Assembly (NCBI RefSeq): GCF_006345805.1
Contig: NC_043000.1
Coordinates: forward strand, 80,848,001-80,912,000
Reading direction: 5' to 3'
Length of the DNA stretch: 64,000 nucleotides
Origin: Octopus sinensis
Lineage: Eukaryota
Position 1 is the stretch's first letter. Every line of letters starts with the position of its first letter. The position numbers and the translations under genes were made by a program. The notes beneath the pieces were generated by a model. It saw only the letters and a program-made list of their open reading frames with translations. It was not told the origin of the DNA and searched no databases. Below, piece after piece: positions 38,521 to 52,187 of the stretch.

Positions 38521-40587
38521 CTGTAAAATGCCAAGCAAGATGGTGTGAATCAGCCAAGCTTTACTTGCTAGAAAAAACAACCCAAAATCTTTTAAACCAG
38601 ATCCCAATGCTGGATGTTCATGAACCTAATGAAGGGCAGATTTTCAATCCTGGGATCATCCTGATTCCAAAAAAGTATTATATGTCTATATAGAGCAAAT
38701 GTAGACAGATACAAAGGGTCCCAGATAGACAGACAGAATTTTGTTTTTATTAATACAGAAGAGTGTATGCAATATCATATGGTCATGTGTGTGTGTATGT
38801 GTGTGTGTGTGTGTCTTTGTATTTAACTCCTACTGCTTGGCAACCAGTGTAAAGTTGATTTACATTCATATATTTGAGAAGAAAGAGAAAAAGAATTACC
38901 ATTCTTAAAATTAGTAATGGGATCAATTAAGCAACTAAAGCCCTTTGAAGTGGTACCCTAGTGGTTGCTCTCCAATGATTAAAACAAGTAAAAGAATAAA
39001 AGAATATCAAATCTATGTATAATTACATGTGCATGTGTTAATTAAAATATTGTCATCATCATCAACATTAAATGTCCATTTTCCATGCTGGCATGGGTTG
39101 GATGGCTTGACAGGAATTGCCATGGCCAAGTGTCACACCAAGTTTCATGGTCTGTTTTGGCTCATGACAGCCACTTTACAGCATATACTGAGTGCTTTTT
39201 ACTTGGCACCAGCACCCATACTGATGCTTTATAAATGACACTTTGATTTTAGGATATCAATTCTGTTGTGGTTCTTAATATATTATCTGAAAGTAGATGG
39301 AACAATTGTAAATGGAAAACCAGTCATCATAAGTCTGGTTAGTCTGAACTAACCAAAGGCTAAATGACAGTAGCAACAGTAAACTGTACTTTAATAAGAA
39401 AGCAGTTAACACCTTCAAAGGGAATTGGCACAAGAATTCAGAGATGAACATTTACCAATAGTTACTCTATATAATGCTCATATTTTCCCAGCAGTCATGA
39501 ACTTCCAATCAATCAAGAGGAATATTAACTGTGTCAATTACACCATTCTCAAAAGAACAGTGATGGCAACAGGTACATCATCGTCTTGTAGAAAATCAGT
39601 TAGATATATTAATACAATAGTATTAATAGTGTTGTCAGAAATTTGAACTTGAATAAAATTTATACTATGTTACTGCTTTAAACTGAATATTTTGTTAAGA
39701 AGTTGCTTTTGTTATTCAACCCTATTGTTTAACCTTGCTTAATTCTCCAAAAGTGCTTATCTCCCTGCTATGTAACACCTTTGCAATGTTTACCTCCAGG
39801 TAATTCTAACTTTCTGTGATGTTAACCTCCCTGTAACATTACCTTACTCACTTTTGCATCAATGGAATACTAAAAGACATTGACACAATATAAATTCCCA
39901 ATTCCTTCTTTCATTATTATCATAGATAAAATATTCCATATTTTACTGTTCCAAATTCCTGTCCTTAATTGAACCCTTTCAGGAAAACTGCTTTTTTTTC
40001 TCTCTTTCTTTCTTTTTTTGTGTCTTTCATCCTTTCTATACTTATATCTTTATATCATTCGGTCTTCTTTTTCTTCTTTCCTTCCTTCTCTCATCTGTCT
40101 TCTTTGTCTCTCAAATCTAAGTACAAAAAAGGTCTTAAAGTTGTATTTTCATATATTTTCATGGTACCTTTTTTTTTTTTTGTTCTTGTTAATGTTTGAA
40201 ATTGTTAATGCTGTAAATACATTTAATATTGTTTTCTCATTCCATATCTATACTTAAACTTCTGCTCATGTTTTAGTAACTTTAAAAATCTCACTGGATT
40301 TAGCATTTTCTCTCTGACTTCAAAAGTGTCTACTGTTGACTTTGATAGTGGAGTTCTTCACAATTTCTACAAAACTTCACAGTAGGAATTCTCTTTAATT
40401 ATCTCTAGAATATCAGGAAAAGGACAATTTTGCTTTGAGATCTGATGCTGGTTTGGGTCAGTGTTCTATTCAAAATATCTTGCCTTATAAGATTTGCAAT
40501 TTTTTTTTAATACACTCTAGAAAATGTTCACACTTGTATATCTATCTCTATCTCTCTGTCTATATACATATACACAAGTGTGTGTGG

Positions 40588-40623
<36 letters not shown>

Positions 40624-41054
40624 ACAAGTATTACTTTTATATCGTCGCAAATTTACGCCTGTAAACTACCAGCAAGTATGAAGAATCAACATTAGAAATC
40701 TCTTTTGGAAACCTCCAAAATTAAAGGATGAATCTACATTCAACCTTTTTACACCTATATTACTATGTATGTATGTATGTATGTATACATACATACATAC
40801 ACTCAAGTATGTATGAGTTTGTGTATATATATGCACTCTCATACATATATATAGTGTCAGGTGAGGAATGGCTGGAAAATCAAAAAAGCAATGGAATGAA
40901 GCCTCAGCTTCAGATAAATGAATAACCTCTTCTATAGTTATATCATATGCATGTATACACATTTATACATGAGTGTGTGTGTGTGTATAATGAATGTATA
41001 TGCATACAGCACACACACAAACACACACACATGTATATTATACACAAATTTGGG

Positions 41055-41455
41055 ACAGGTATGGCTGTGTGGTAGGCAGTTTGCTTCCCAACCTTATGGT
41101 TCAATATTCAGTCTCACTGTAAGGTACCTTAAGCAAGTGTCTACTACTATAGCCCTGTGCTGACTAAAGTCTTGTGAATGGATTTTGTAAGCAGAAACTT
41201 AAAGAAGCCTATCATACATATACATTTATAGGTATATATGTCTGTATGGGTTTGTGTTTGTGTTCATCCTTCACTGCCACTTGACAACCAGTGTTGGTTT
41301 GTTTACATCCCCATATCAGTGGTTTTACATAAGAGGCCCTTAGTATAAACACCAAGCTTAGAAAATAAGTCCTGGAGGCAACTCACTCTTATAAAACACT
41401 CCAACAGGTGGTTCCCCAGCATGGCTGCAGTTCATTGACTGAAACAAGTAAAATA
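41055..41455 (+). mobile_element. Family-A SINE (degenerate)
   Basis: Head and tail motifs as in other copies. Confidence 0.75.
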
Positions 41456-41696
41456 TAAAAGCTATATGTATATATATGCATATGTGTGTGTATATGTTTG
41501 CATGTGCACAAGTGTGTTTGTTTTTGTTCCCTGCTACCACTTGACAACTTGTGTTCATTTGTTTATGCCCCCATAACATAGCAGTTCAACAAAAGAGACC
41601 AATAGAATAAGTACCAGACTTAAAAGATACATACTGGGATTTATTTGTTTGACTAAGCCCCTCAAGGCAGTGCATCAGCATGTAAACATCCCTATA

Positions 41697-41933
41697 TTTC
41701 TTATTTCTTTACTGCCCACAAGGAGCTACACACAGAGGGGACAAACAAGGACAGACAAACATATTAAGTTGATTATATCGACCCCACTACATAATTGGTA
41801 CTTATTTAATCGATCCCGAAAGGATGACAGGCAAAGTCAACCTCGGCGGAATTTGAACTCAGAATGTAGCGGCAGACGAAATACAGCTAAGCATTTCACC
41901 CAACGTGCTAACGTTTCTGCCAGCTCGCCACCT
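41697..41933 (-). mobile_element. Young full-length family-B SINE with 8-bp TSD (TCCCTATA)
   Basis: Minus: AAGGTGGCGAGCTGGCAGAAACGTTAGC (A box) ... GAGTTCAAATTCC (B box) ... AAAGAAATAAGAAAT tail. TSD at 41689-41696 and 41934-41941. CpGs are retained. Confidence 0.9.
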
Positions 41934-42059
41934 TCCCTATAAACATCCCTATAATTCAGTCAATGTAAACATCTCTACAGTTCAGTCCTGTACAGAGATG
42001 ATGGCTTGGCATTCACAAGATATATGAACAGCCCATACCATAAATATGTTTAGAAAGAA

Positions 42060-42480
42060 TCTTACGAATATCTTCAAAGCATTTGACCTAATTTTCATTA
42101 CTACCACCACCTTACTGAAGATCAACCTCCTGGATGAAACCATAGACCTTGACACAAACTTGTACCACCACTACAAAAAGAAAGTGTTTATATTCATTGT
42201 CACTTCAATCACACTTCAACTGTAATTAGAAACCTAGTCACAGGTAGTAGCAAAAAAATCTCTAACTTCTCTGCAGACATGGAGATCTTCAACAGAGTCA
42301 CCATCACCCCAACTTATGATAAGGCAGTAGTAAGGCATAACTTCACTGCTACTTTGAAGGATAACCTACTCTCAAAACCCAGAGAGAGTTAGAAATAGAA
42401 AGGTAATCTGGTTTAATCCTTCATTTAATTCTAGATGTTCCCTCTAATTAGACAATATTTCTCAAGAACTCATATATATC
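42060..42480 (+). mobile_element. Penelope-like element RT thumb/linker remnant
   Basis: VYIHCHFNHTSTVIRNLV..ISNFSADMEIFNRV..PTYDKAV and RKVIWFNPSF, resembling the LYI..SNHP..IIKNL and WFNPPF motifs of PLEs. Confidence 0.6.
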
Positions 42481-44310
42481 ATAATGGTTGCCTTTTTGAT
42501 ATGGAATGATGAGAAAACTAGAATCTTCTGCTGACAGAGAATTAGAGTAGATCAGCACTACAACAGGAAAGCAAAACTGATTTCAATACAGGTTCATCAT
42601 TACAACTATTATTTCAATTTGAGTATTAGTAAATTAACTATCATGATAAATTTATGCATTTCTCCATCTTCAATACTAAGCTATCTCTACCTTTCTGTGG
42701 TATGTCAAATTGTTATATACTAGGTTACCCTTACTGACACCAATTTGACAATATTTCCTAAGAACCCATTGATATTATAAACCCTTTAATTCTTATAACA
42801 TGAAAGTCAGCTACTCATGTTTAGATGCTATTGTTTCTCACATTGCTCATTAAAACATGAGTTAATATGCCTCCATACAGTCTTCTCATTACACAAAGCC
42901 CTCCTTTAATCAGCTAGAGCTCAAAACTGCCAACTCTACAACCATGGGGAACTTCAGATATTCCAGTAGTTTGCAGCATCCATAAATAAGGAAATCAACC
43001 TATCCTATAGTTGTCATTAGAGGCACACCTCGTTAATGAACTTCAAAATGTTGGCCACTAATGACCCAGGAATACCACCCTAGGTCTAGCTGAATAGCAG
43101 TATATATATAGTCCCTGCTGTTCACAAAGAGATTACAACCTATTATCATTTGTCAGTGTTGCATGTCATGCAACCTGAAACAACTTGATACCATGAAACC
43201 AGTTATTTTTCTAGAATGCTAACTGTTATCACTGAAATGTCATGCCTTATAGAATGCTAACTAACCAATGTTAACATGTTGTCTGTTCTATTATGCAGTG
43301 CATGTAATGTGAGAACTATTTTGTTGAAATAGCATACCCTACAGAATGGCAACTATCTGACATAAGCTTTTTGTGTGCTTGGCTATATGAAGCATGCAAT
43401 GACTAAACTGTTGTCACTAAATTAATTAAAATACCTACATGACATGAACTGATCCATAAAAGCTTAAATAATCTCACCTAGCAGCCATTTAAAATTTCTT
43501 TTAATGTATCCATACATTTCATGATGAGAACATGTTCTATGCTTATGAAGCCTTAAATAATGTAGAGCTGAGTCAATTTGTTATTAAATACCTACAACGT
43601 CAACTAAATATAGTGAGTACTACTTTCTTTCATTGTTGATCCACTTACACATACACACATGTATGTACATTCAAATACCATATATACTTCTGTTATTTTC
43701 TGTTTTTGCTTCATAATGAATTTAAAATGATTGATTGATTGCTTACACAGTTTTAGTTTGTCTCCATTCTGAAAATTACCAATATTTCATCACTACCATA
43801 AAATTATAGACCACAATATCAGTTAAAATCTCACTAAAGTCTTGGAATACATTTAGAATCACTAACCAATGCTAGAATGAAACTGTATGTTCAGTAATAT
43901 TAGATTCTTGACAAACAATTAAGTAAAGTCTGACATGGAAATAAGATTATTCTGAGAAAATAATAGAAAAATATAAATTACCAATTTGACAGTAACTAGA
44001 TAGAATGCCTTGTGGTATTTGCTCTCTTTCTTTGCATTTTCAGTTTAAATTCCATTTAGACGCCAATGGCCAGAGCTAAGATGCTGACCATTAGAGCATC
44101 CTATACTGTCTGTAATTGTCTAGTATAGACTGGTGTGTCTACAACCAGTACACATAAATCAGAGACAGTGCAGAGACTCCACCCGGCTGAGGAATGACAT
44201 TAACTGAAAAGAATTAAATATAAAAATGTTCAAATGATATTTAGGACTTTGTGTGTATTTTTGTTAAAATAGCATCCCAGTAATATCTTATAATAGAGTA
44301 CTATATGTTA

Positions 44311-44678
44311 ATTATTACCTTTACCGTAGCAAAGGTGGAGGTATTGTTTCCAGTCATGTTTGTTTGTCCATGGACAAGATATCTTAAGAACTGCTGGATG
44401 GATTCAGATGAAACTTTGAGGGATGTTTGGCCTCATGACTGGCACAAACTGATTAGATTTTGGGCTTGATCCGGTACTGGACAAGGATTCTGGATTATTT
44501 TTCCTATTTTTTTTACTTAATTTTTGAGAGTGGTCTGTTTCATTTTTAGTATTCTTGTTTGTGAGAGCAGCTGAGTTTATTTCAGATATTCTCATTTTAA
44601 AAATCATCTCTGGCTAATCATTAAGAGGACACTGGTGTTGCCTTGGCAGAGGTTTACGCTCTCTGAATGCTCTTGTTT
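44311..44678 (+). mobile_element. DINE-1/HINE-like non-autonomous rolling-circle element
   Basis: 5' ATTACC..AAGG followed by a TGTTTGTTTGT microsatellite and GGAT..GATGAAACTT. The 3' CCTTGGCAGAGGT resembles a subterminal inverted repeat and is followed by a T-rich flank. The classification rests on a recalled architecture. Confidence 0.45.
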
Positions 44679-44764
44679 TTGTTTAATTTTGCTAAGCATT
44701 TTGCCCTGTGTGCTAATGACTCTGCCAGCTCATTGCCTTAGTAATAGTAATAATGATGATGATG

Positions 44765-44805
<41 letters not shown>

Positions 44806-44811
44806 TAAAAT

Positions 44812-45275
44812 ACTTTTATTTTCTTTTATTGGCCACAAAGGCTGAACACACAAGAAATAGGGACAATACAATACAAGGAACAAGTGGGGTGTTGAACAAT
44901 GCTGTGTATATAATAAGTAACAAAAAGCAAATAACAAAACAATTAAACAATAAAAATTCCCCAAAAGGGGTAGTTCCTCACAGGAACAGTAGCAGAACCC
45001 CACTTAACCTGGTTATCCTGACTGCCAAATGCACCTCAGCAAGTGCCTCTCTCCTTCTCAACTCCTCCAGTTTACAAATGAAAGTTCAGAGTAGGCCCAT
45101 TCACAAGAGCCATCCTTGCCACACTCATCCACCTTTCAACAAATTTACTAGGAAGCAGAACTTCCCTTTTCAAGTGGAACTTGGAAAAGTCGATGAGGGC
45201 TTGGCTGAAGAGAAAGTATCAGTCTTCAGTCCTTTCTGTCTCATTCACCACACTACTTCCTTTGCCATAGCCAAA
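44812..45275 (-). mobile_element. 3' fragment of an L1/Tx1-like LINE between two (AAT)n tracts
   Basis: Minus: AMAKEVVW*MRQKGLKTDTF...KFHLKR...ERWMSVARMA, a U-rich 3' UTR and an AATAAAAGAAAATAAAAG tail. The clade assignment is tentative. Confidence 0.5.
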
Positions 45276-45276
45276 A

Positions 45277-45277
45277 T

Positions 45278-45364
<87 letters not shown>

Positions 45365-45380
45365 AAGAAGAAGAAGAAGA
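45277..45380. repeat. Compound microsatellite (AAT)n(AGT)n(AAG)n
   Basis: Directly visible. Confidence 0.98.
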
Positions 45381-45770
45381 ATCATCCTGATGCTGTAATT
45401 GAGAGAGAAAATGTAATGGTTGTGTGAGAATTTCCAGCACATACTGACAGAACTATCAAAGCTAATAAACTGGATACTGTTGCAAAAGACCAAAATAATA
45501 ATGTCTGTTTTTGACATGAGTATCCCTTGTGATCATAATATTTCAGCAAAAGAATTTGACAAGCTCAGAAAATATAAAGATTTGCACATTGAAATCAAAG
45601 AAATGTGATATCTTAAGGCGATTATAATACCAGTGATTGTAGGAGCTCTTGGAATGATCAAAAAAGGAACTGAAAATTATCAGAGAATGATTCCTGGCTT
45701 ACCATTCCGGAAAGAAGTGAAAATTATTGTTTTAGGTGGTGCTGCGCATATATGAGCTGAGAATTGTTGC
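45380..45770 (+). mobile_element. R4/Dong-like restriction-like endonuclease (REL) domain fragment
   Basis: TDRTIKANKLD..DMSIPCD..KEFDKLRKYKDLHIEI..IPVIVGALGMI. Confidence 0.8.
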
Positions 45771-46104
45771 TGTGAGAACGATAACCTTCACTATAAATTT
45801 TTTTCCTACATAATTTTATTTGATTTTGTTGATGGTCAATCTGGTGCATTTATTTCAATGGCTTATCAATATATACAGTGAGTTTCTTTGCTGTAGGTGT
45901 TGGGAAGACACTTGGCAAAAAATGAAAATAAAATTGAAGGAAGAAGAAAAGCTACAACTTCTGATAATAATAATGATTTCAAATTTTGGTGCAAGACCAG
46001 CAATTTTAAGTGTGGGGATAAGTCAATTACATGAAACCCATCCAGTGCTCAACTTGTAATTATTTCATTGACCCAGAAAAGACGAGAAGCAAAGTTGATC
46101 TCAG

Positions 46105-47830
46105 TGAAAGGTAGAAAAGTGTATAACACAGGTATTGAACTCCTCTACAAAGAAAGTGGACTGTGGTGAATATAAATATCTGGGAATACACCAGCTAGAA
46201 CAAAACTTCAATGCAAAATAAAGAAGACGATAAAAAAAGAGTACATTCGATATATGAAGAAATTTTGCAGATCTTAGCTGAATGAAAGTAATCTGATTGA
46301 ATCCATTAATGCCTGGGCATTGGGGTTTAGAAAGTATGGTGCAGGCATTGTGGAATGGACAAAAGAGGACTTGATCAGCTTAGATTGAAGAACAAGAAGT
46401 GTAGTGACCATGAACAGATGTTTTAATTCATGTGGTAATGTAGCTAGACTGTACCTCCTCCATAATGGAGGTGGAAAAGGGTTAATTGGGCTGGAGGAAT
46501 GTGTAAGATCAGAGTGAATTTCATTGAATGCGTATTTACAGCCATGCTGCACATGGATGCTGAAGGCAGTAATGAATGAGAAGGTACTAGCAGGGACAAT
46601 CTTTGGTTGATTTTAAGAAAAGGGTGCATGAGGAGAAAGAGGCATTATGGAAAAAGAAGCAACTGCATGAAATGTTTTTACAAGAAACATAGAAGCTGGA
46701 TGGACCTGAGTCATAGAGATGGTTATGGAATGGGTATCTGAAGAAAGAGGCTGAAGAGATGATATTTGCTGTCCAAAAGAGCAGGCCTTGAGAACAAATT
46801 CTGTCAAGTACTCTATCAACCACACATCAGAGGCACCATTGTACAGAAAGTGTTGGCAGGAGATTGAAACTGTACATCACATAATCAGTGGCTGCTCATA
46901 ACTAGTGTGCAAAAAAGAAAACAGACGTCGACATGACAAAGTCGATCTTAGGTGCACTGGGAACTCTGCAAGAAATATGATCTTCTGTGCACAGATAAGT
47001 GATATGACCATATTCCACAGAATGTTGAGAATAAGTGAGTGAAGCCCATGTGAGATATGACCATCTTTACAGGCAGGCATACTCTTTTACTCTTTTACTC
47101 TTTTATTTGTTTCAGTCATTTGACTGCAGCTATGCTGGAATACCACCTTTAGTTGAGCAAATCAACCCCAGGACTTATACGTTGGAAGCCTAGTACTTAC
47201 TCTATCGGTCTTTTTTGCCCAACCACTAAGTTACGGGGATGTAAGACCACCACCATCGGTTGTTAAGCGATGCTGGAGGGACAAACACAGGCACACAAAC
47301 ATATACACACACATACATATATATACTTATATACGACAGGCTTCTTTCAGTTTCCATCTACCAAATGCACTCACAAGGCCTAGGTCGGCCCAAGGCTATA
47401 TTAGAAGACACTTGCCCAAGGTGCCACGCAGTGGGAATGAACCCGGAACCATGTGGTTGGTAAGCAAGCTATTTACCACACAGCCACTCCTATGCCTATA
47501 ATCACCCTGATATTACAATTGTGCACAAAGACACACATGAATAGGCTATGATAGACTTCACTGTTCCTGCTGACTAGACTGTTGAAATCACTGAGAGAGT
47601 GAGAGTAGACAACTACCAAGATTTGGCAAGCCATGTGTGAGAAATACATGAAGTAACAGTCAAAACTATCCCTTTTGTTATTGGTAGTCTAGGAACAATT
47701 TCAAAGAATTTGGATGCTGTACCTGAGATCTTAGGCATAGCAGGTACATTAAAGAGTGCACAAATGGCTGTGGTGCTTGGAATGGATCTTTTGCTGACAA
47801 AAGTGTTGTACTTTTGAGCTGCGGGCAGAA
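46105..47830 (+). mobile_element. R4/Dong-like LINE 3' half (post-RT, CCHC knuckle, REL), interrupted by a SINE
   Basis: RLYL..NGGGKGLIGLEECV, KCWQEIETVHHIISGC, RRRHDKV, HPDI..IDFTVPAD, IPFVIGSLG. Confidence 0.8.
47081..47499 (-). mobile_element. Young family-A SINE inserted in the R4-like REL region
   Basis: Complete copy; the R4 reading (TGRH|NHPDI) resumes across it. Confidence 0.9.
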
Positions 47831-48199
47831 GCTGAGGCATAATTACATGCAAACCTGACTGTAAAAGGTGTTGGAGAACAACAACAACAATAATAATAAT
47901 AATTTCAAATTTTGGCACAAGGCCAAGAAATTTATAGGGAGGTGGGGATTGGTTGATTTCTTCAAATCCAGGGCATTTATTTTATTTATTTTATCAGCCC
48001 TACAAAGCTGAAAGGCAAAAGTTGATCTTGGCAACATTTGAACACAGAGTGTACAAAGCAAGAATAAATGTTGCTAAGTATTTGCTCTGGTGTATAAATA
48101 ATTCTGCCAGACTGCTGTCTTAATAACAACAATGATATTAAGAATTAGCACCATCATCATCATTATTATTATTCAACATGAATAAGATTGATCTTATTC

Positions 48200-49740
48200 C
48201 TGATAGAATTTATATGATAGCAGGTTACTACCTGTTATTGTTAGATATCCACATTTCAATAAGCCTTTAAGTGCTGAAAACCCTTCTGAAGATCTTTCCT
48301 GTTCTCAATAGGCAAGTCTCCTGTAGAAGCTCTTCAGGACATTCCATTCCAATTTCCTTTAACTATTTACCTTTGTCATTACTCGTAGTCCCTCATGCAC
48401 CTCTTATCACCTTTATAGATTTCATGTTCTAAATCCTTTCAAATTTTAAGGATTGTATTCTTCCCATCTTCGTTCTTCACAGTCCTGGATCAATCAGTAA
48501 GCAAATTCACTTTCCCTTGTCTATTATTGTTATATCTCGCTTGTTATTTTTTATCTTCTTATCTGTTTGAATTGAAAAATCCCACAAAATCTTACATTTT
48601 TCTAACTCAAAGACTCTTTTTACCAGATGATTAAATCATGTACTTCCAGTTTCAAACCTCAATTTCTGACAAAACTTCCAATGCAAAACTTTCACAACTT
48701 GATCATGATTCCATTTCATATATTCTCCCTAGGACAACTTGGGGAATTCTGCAACAATGTCTGCCATTGTTTCAGCCCCAATTCCACTTACTCTTCATTT
48801 TACTAACACCTTCTCCCATACACATATTTTCTCAAATTGTTTCTTTGCAACAACTAATTTTGAGCTCTCTGTTTCTTTTTTCAATTGCTCCCTTTTCAAC
48901 CAAGCCCAGGAGTTTTTTTCCTGTACATCCTTAGTGATTTTCCAAAACTGACCATGCAAAGGTTACTCATCAACCTACTTTACATGTTCTTTGAATTAAT
49001 TTCATTCTTATTCTTATTCTTTTCCCCTTTTCCATACTTGATCACCTGTCCTGCATTAACTTTTTTTAGTAAGTTCTCTGTGCTCCAAATAATTTAGTAA
49101 GCTGTTTCATTCCATCTGCACACACTCTTCCACACCATTTAAACCACCTCTACCCTAGTATCTCTTCAAGTACAACCAATTAATATCAGCTTTCATTATG
49201 ATAAGCTCCATACATAATCAACAACTTCCTAATTTTTCTGTGAAGCTTTTTTGCCATCACTTTTTGTCCAATACACAGTTCCAGCTTCATATCTGATACC
49301 TGATACTACTCTTGAATTTATTGTTTCAGTAATATTTTTTGAGTTCAACCTTGGCTGTAATATTTTCTCTCACTTTCCTTCTATACTCTCTACTTCATCT
49401 CTTCATGTTTTATCTCAACTGCCTTCAATATTCCAAAATACTTTTACTACTGTCCCTTTTCAACCACTTTCATTGTTTGCCAATTTAGCATTTCAATTCC
49501 CTGCCTTCCTTCAAGTCTTCCTCATTTCATTATCAATATAGCACACTTTTCAGTCCCAAATTCCATAACTACATCATTTGAGAAAATGTGAACGGTATGT
49601 ACAAGACTTTCTAGCTGCTTCTCATTTTTCACATAAAGCTTTATAACCATCCATAAAAAGGAGATGATTTATCTGATCATACCCTTTTCCCAAATCGTAA
49701 GCTATTTTGACTTTCCGTAATATCAAATTGAGCTGTATCA
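48200..49740 (-). mobile_element. R4/Dong-like LINE fragment (RT through 3' end)
   Basis: INHLLFMD motif at ~49640-49680; nucleotide similarity to 62500-63900 (CAGATATGAAGCTGGAACTG; ELLQETCLL at the 3' end). Confidence 0.8.
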
Positions 49741-50391
49741 TGGCCAATACAAATAGTAATGGGGAAATGATTATTATTATTATCACTCATACTTGAATGC
49801 TATTATATTTATCAACTCTGAAATAATGAAAGGTAAAGTTAACATTTGGGATTTGAACTCAGAGCATACAAAAACCAGAAAAATTACCATAAAGCTTTTG
49901 TTCCAAGTTCTAACACTTCTATCATTTAGCAGTAGGAAGATTACTGGATGTAAATACAAACCTCACATCAAAAACCTTCCTGCCATTACTGGCAGCATAC
50001 ACACAGAAACAGAATCATAGACAGTATGAAATATTCACTATGGGATTATAAATGAAAATATTCTAACATGTTAAAATTAAGTTAGTATTAATATGATTAA
50101 CGTAATAAACATCAAAAATTTAATTAGAAGTAATTACGTGGTGAAGAAAAGACAATATATCAATGACTACTATTTTATCAGTTAATCATTAATTGCATAA
50201 AACAGCATGTATGGATAATTGTAAATATGTCTTGAGATAAATTTAATGTTGTGTTAGCCAATTTTGAGAGACTTCAAATAAATGTAGGAGTGCAGGCATA
50301 GCTGTGTAGATTAAAAGTTCTCTTCAGAACCATGTGGTCTTGGGTTCAATCCTCACTGTGTCTTGAGAGAATGTCTTCTACTATAACACTT

Positions 50392-50610
50392 CATTTGCTG
50401 GCAGAAACATTAGCATGTTGGGTGAATTGCTTAGCGGTATTTCGTCTGCAGCTATGTTCTAAGTTCAAATTCCACTGAGGTCAACTTAGCCTTTCATCCT
50501 TTTGGGGTTAATTAAATATGTATCAGTTATACACAGGGGTCGATGTAATTGACTTAATTCCTTGTTTGTCCCCTCTATGTTTAACCCCCTGTGGGCAATA
50601 AAGAAATAAA
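50392..50610 (+). mobile_element. Family-B SINE, adjoining a family-A head (50294-50385)
   Basis: GCTGGCAGAAACATTAGC ... AAGTTCAAATTCC ... AATAAAGAAATAAA. Confidence 0.85.
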
Positions 50611-52187
50611 TGCTTTTGTCTGAAATATTTTGACTAAACTGTGTGGAAACTATTCTGTGTGTGTCTATGTGTGTGTGTGTACGGTGATTTGAGACAATCC
50701 AGTACTTTCCTGTCCTTGAAAAAGTATCTTCATTTCACATTGCTTCACTTTACTTTGATAAAACGTGTACCAACTTAATGCTTATGTAGTCTCTGTCTCT
50801 CATCTGACACACCCTAGCTGTTCTGCTGGTCAAGGATGGGAGAGCTGAGTGAGTGTCTAATTGATATCTGAAACAAATAGTACATGGTAACTAAATCATT
50901 ATTGCTTGCAAGTGATGGCTATGGTTTTGATGTATTTGGTGTGTATATGTCCATGTGCATACATGTGTGATTATGCATGTGTTATGTAGACATTTCACAA
51001 AAATGCTGTCTGCATTTATGTCCTTTGCAACAAATAGAGTTCACATTAAAACAAGTGAGCATTTAGAACCCTTCATGGTGGTGCTCCACCATAACTGTAG
51101 CTCTCCCATTTTCTGTCAACAGAAAAGATAGCAAGATATTTATTTACATTTGTCTGGTGTCTTACAACATTGGTTTCGAATTTTGACACAAGGCCAGCAA
51201 TTTTGGGAAAAAGAAAAAGTCAGTTACATTGACCCCAGTGGTCAGCTGGACTAACAAAAGATATTGAGTTTCCCTTAATATATATTTTGATATTCTGAGT
51301 AAAGTAAGGGGTGAGCTGGCAGAATCATTAGCACTCTGGGCAAAATACTTAACTGCATTTCATCCATTCTTACATTCTGAGTTCAAATTCTATTGAGGTT
51401 GACTTTGCTTTTCACCCTTTTACAGTTAATAAACTAAGAACCAGTTGTGCACTGGCATTGATGTAATCAATTTATGTCTCCCCTAAGCTTACTGGCCTTG
51501 TGCCAAAATTAGAGACCAATATTCTAAGTAAAGAACAAAATTCTAAACAGATCAGTAATATTTATCCCCCCTCACCAAAATATACACTTCATTGTACTTG
51601 CTGAAGTTGTAATTAAATAATCCTTAATTAGATATACAATATTGAATCCATGTAGATGTAGAAAATAAGCATATTTTAAAAATTTAATAACTAAGATTAA
51701 TGATAACCATTACTGAGAATAACAATAGTTAATTTACGTATTCAATATAGAGAAGCATCAAAGATCTAAAATTGTTTTTCTCTGTCTCTTCTACCACTAC
51801 ATAATGGCCTCTACTTTGCTTTGCTGTATGCATTATATCTGCATCCCATAAACTCTCCAGAAACTTGTGTTTTTTCTCATTGACATCTCTATTCTGTCTC
51901 ACAACCCACCATCTTGCACTAAATGCATTTTTTTCTTTATCCTCCTTCACCAAATACCACCCACTGAAGTTTCTTCCTAGCTCCAATTTTTCTTGCAATT
52001 TGCTGATATTGTCATTAAACAACTTCAAATGCATATAAGGTGCATTGGTCTCACTTGTCTGGAAGGGTTTAGAATGTTCATAGGCTCTGCTTCTCTTAAG
52101 AATTAAATTAGCACATTTTTACTTTACATTTGAGTTTTGTTTAGACTTTATAAATGTATCACATGTTCTCTTAAAGAAGTTTGTAAG

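Noticed and set aside
41860-41933. tRNA-like A/B boxes in SINE heads (also in other copies)
   Set aside because: These are SINE Pol III promoters attached to non-tRNA bodies with no complete cloverleaf; not called as tRNA genes.
44829-45517. ORFs with poly-I/S/R/L/T/Y runs
   Set aside because: They derive from the compound triplet microsatellite and the antisense strand of a LINE 3' end.
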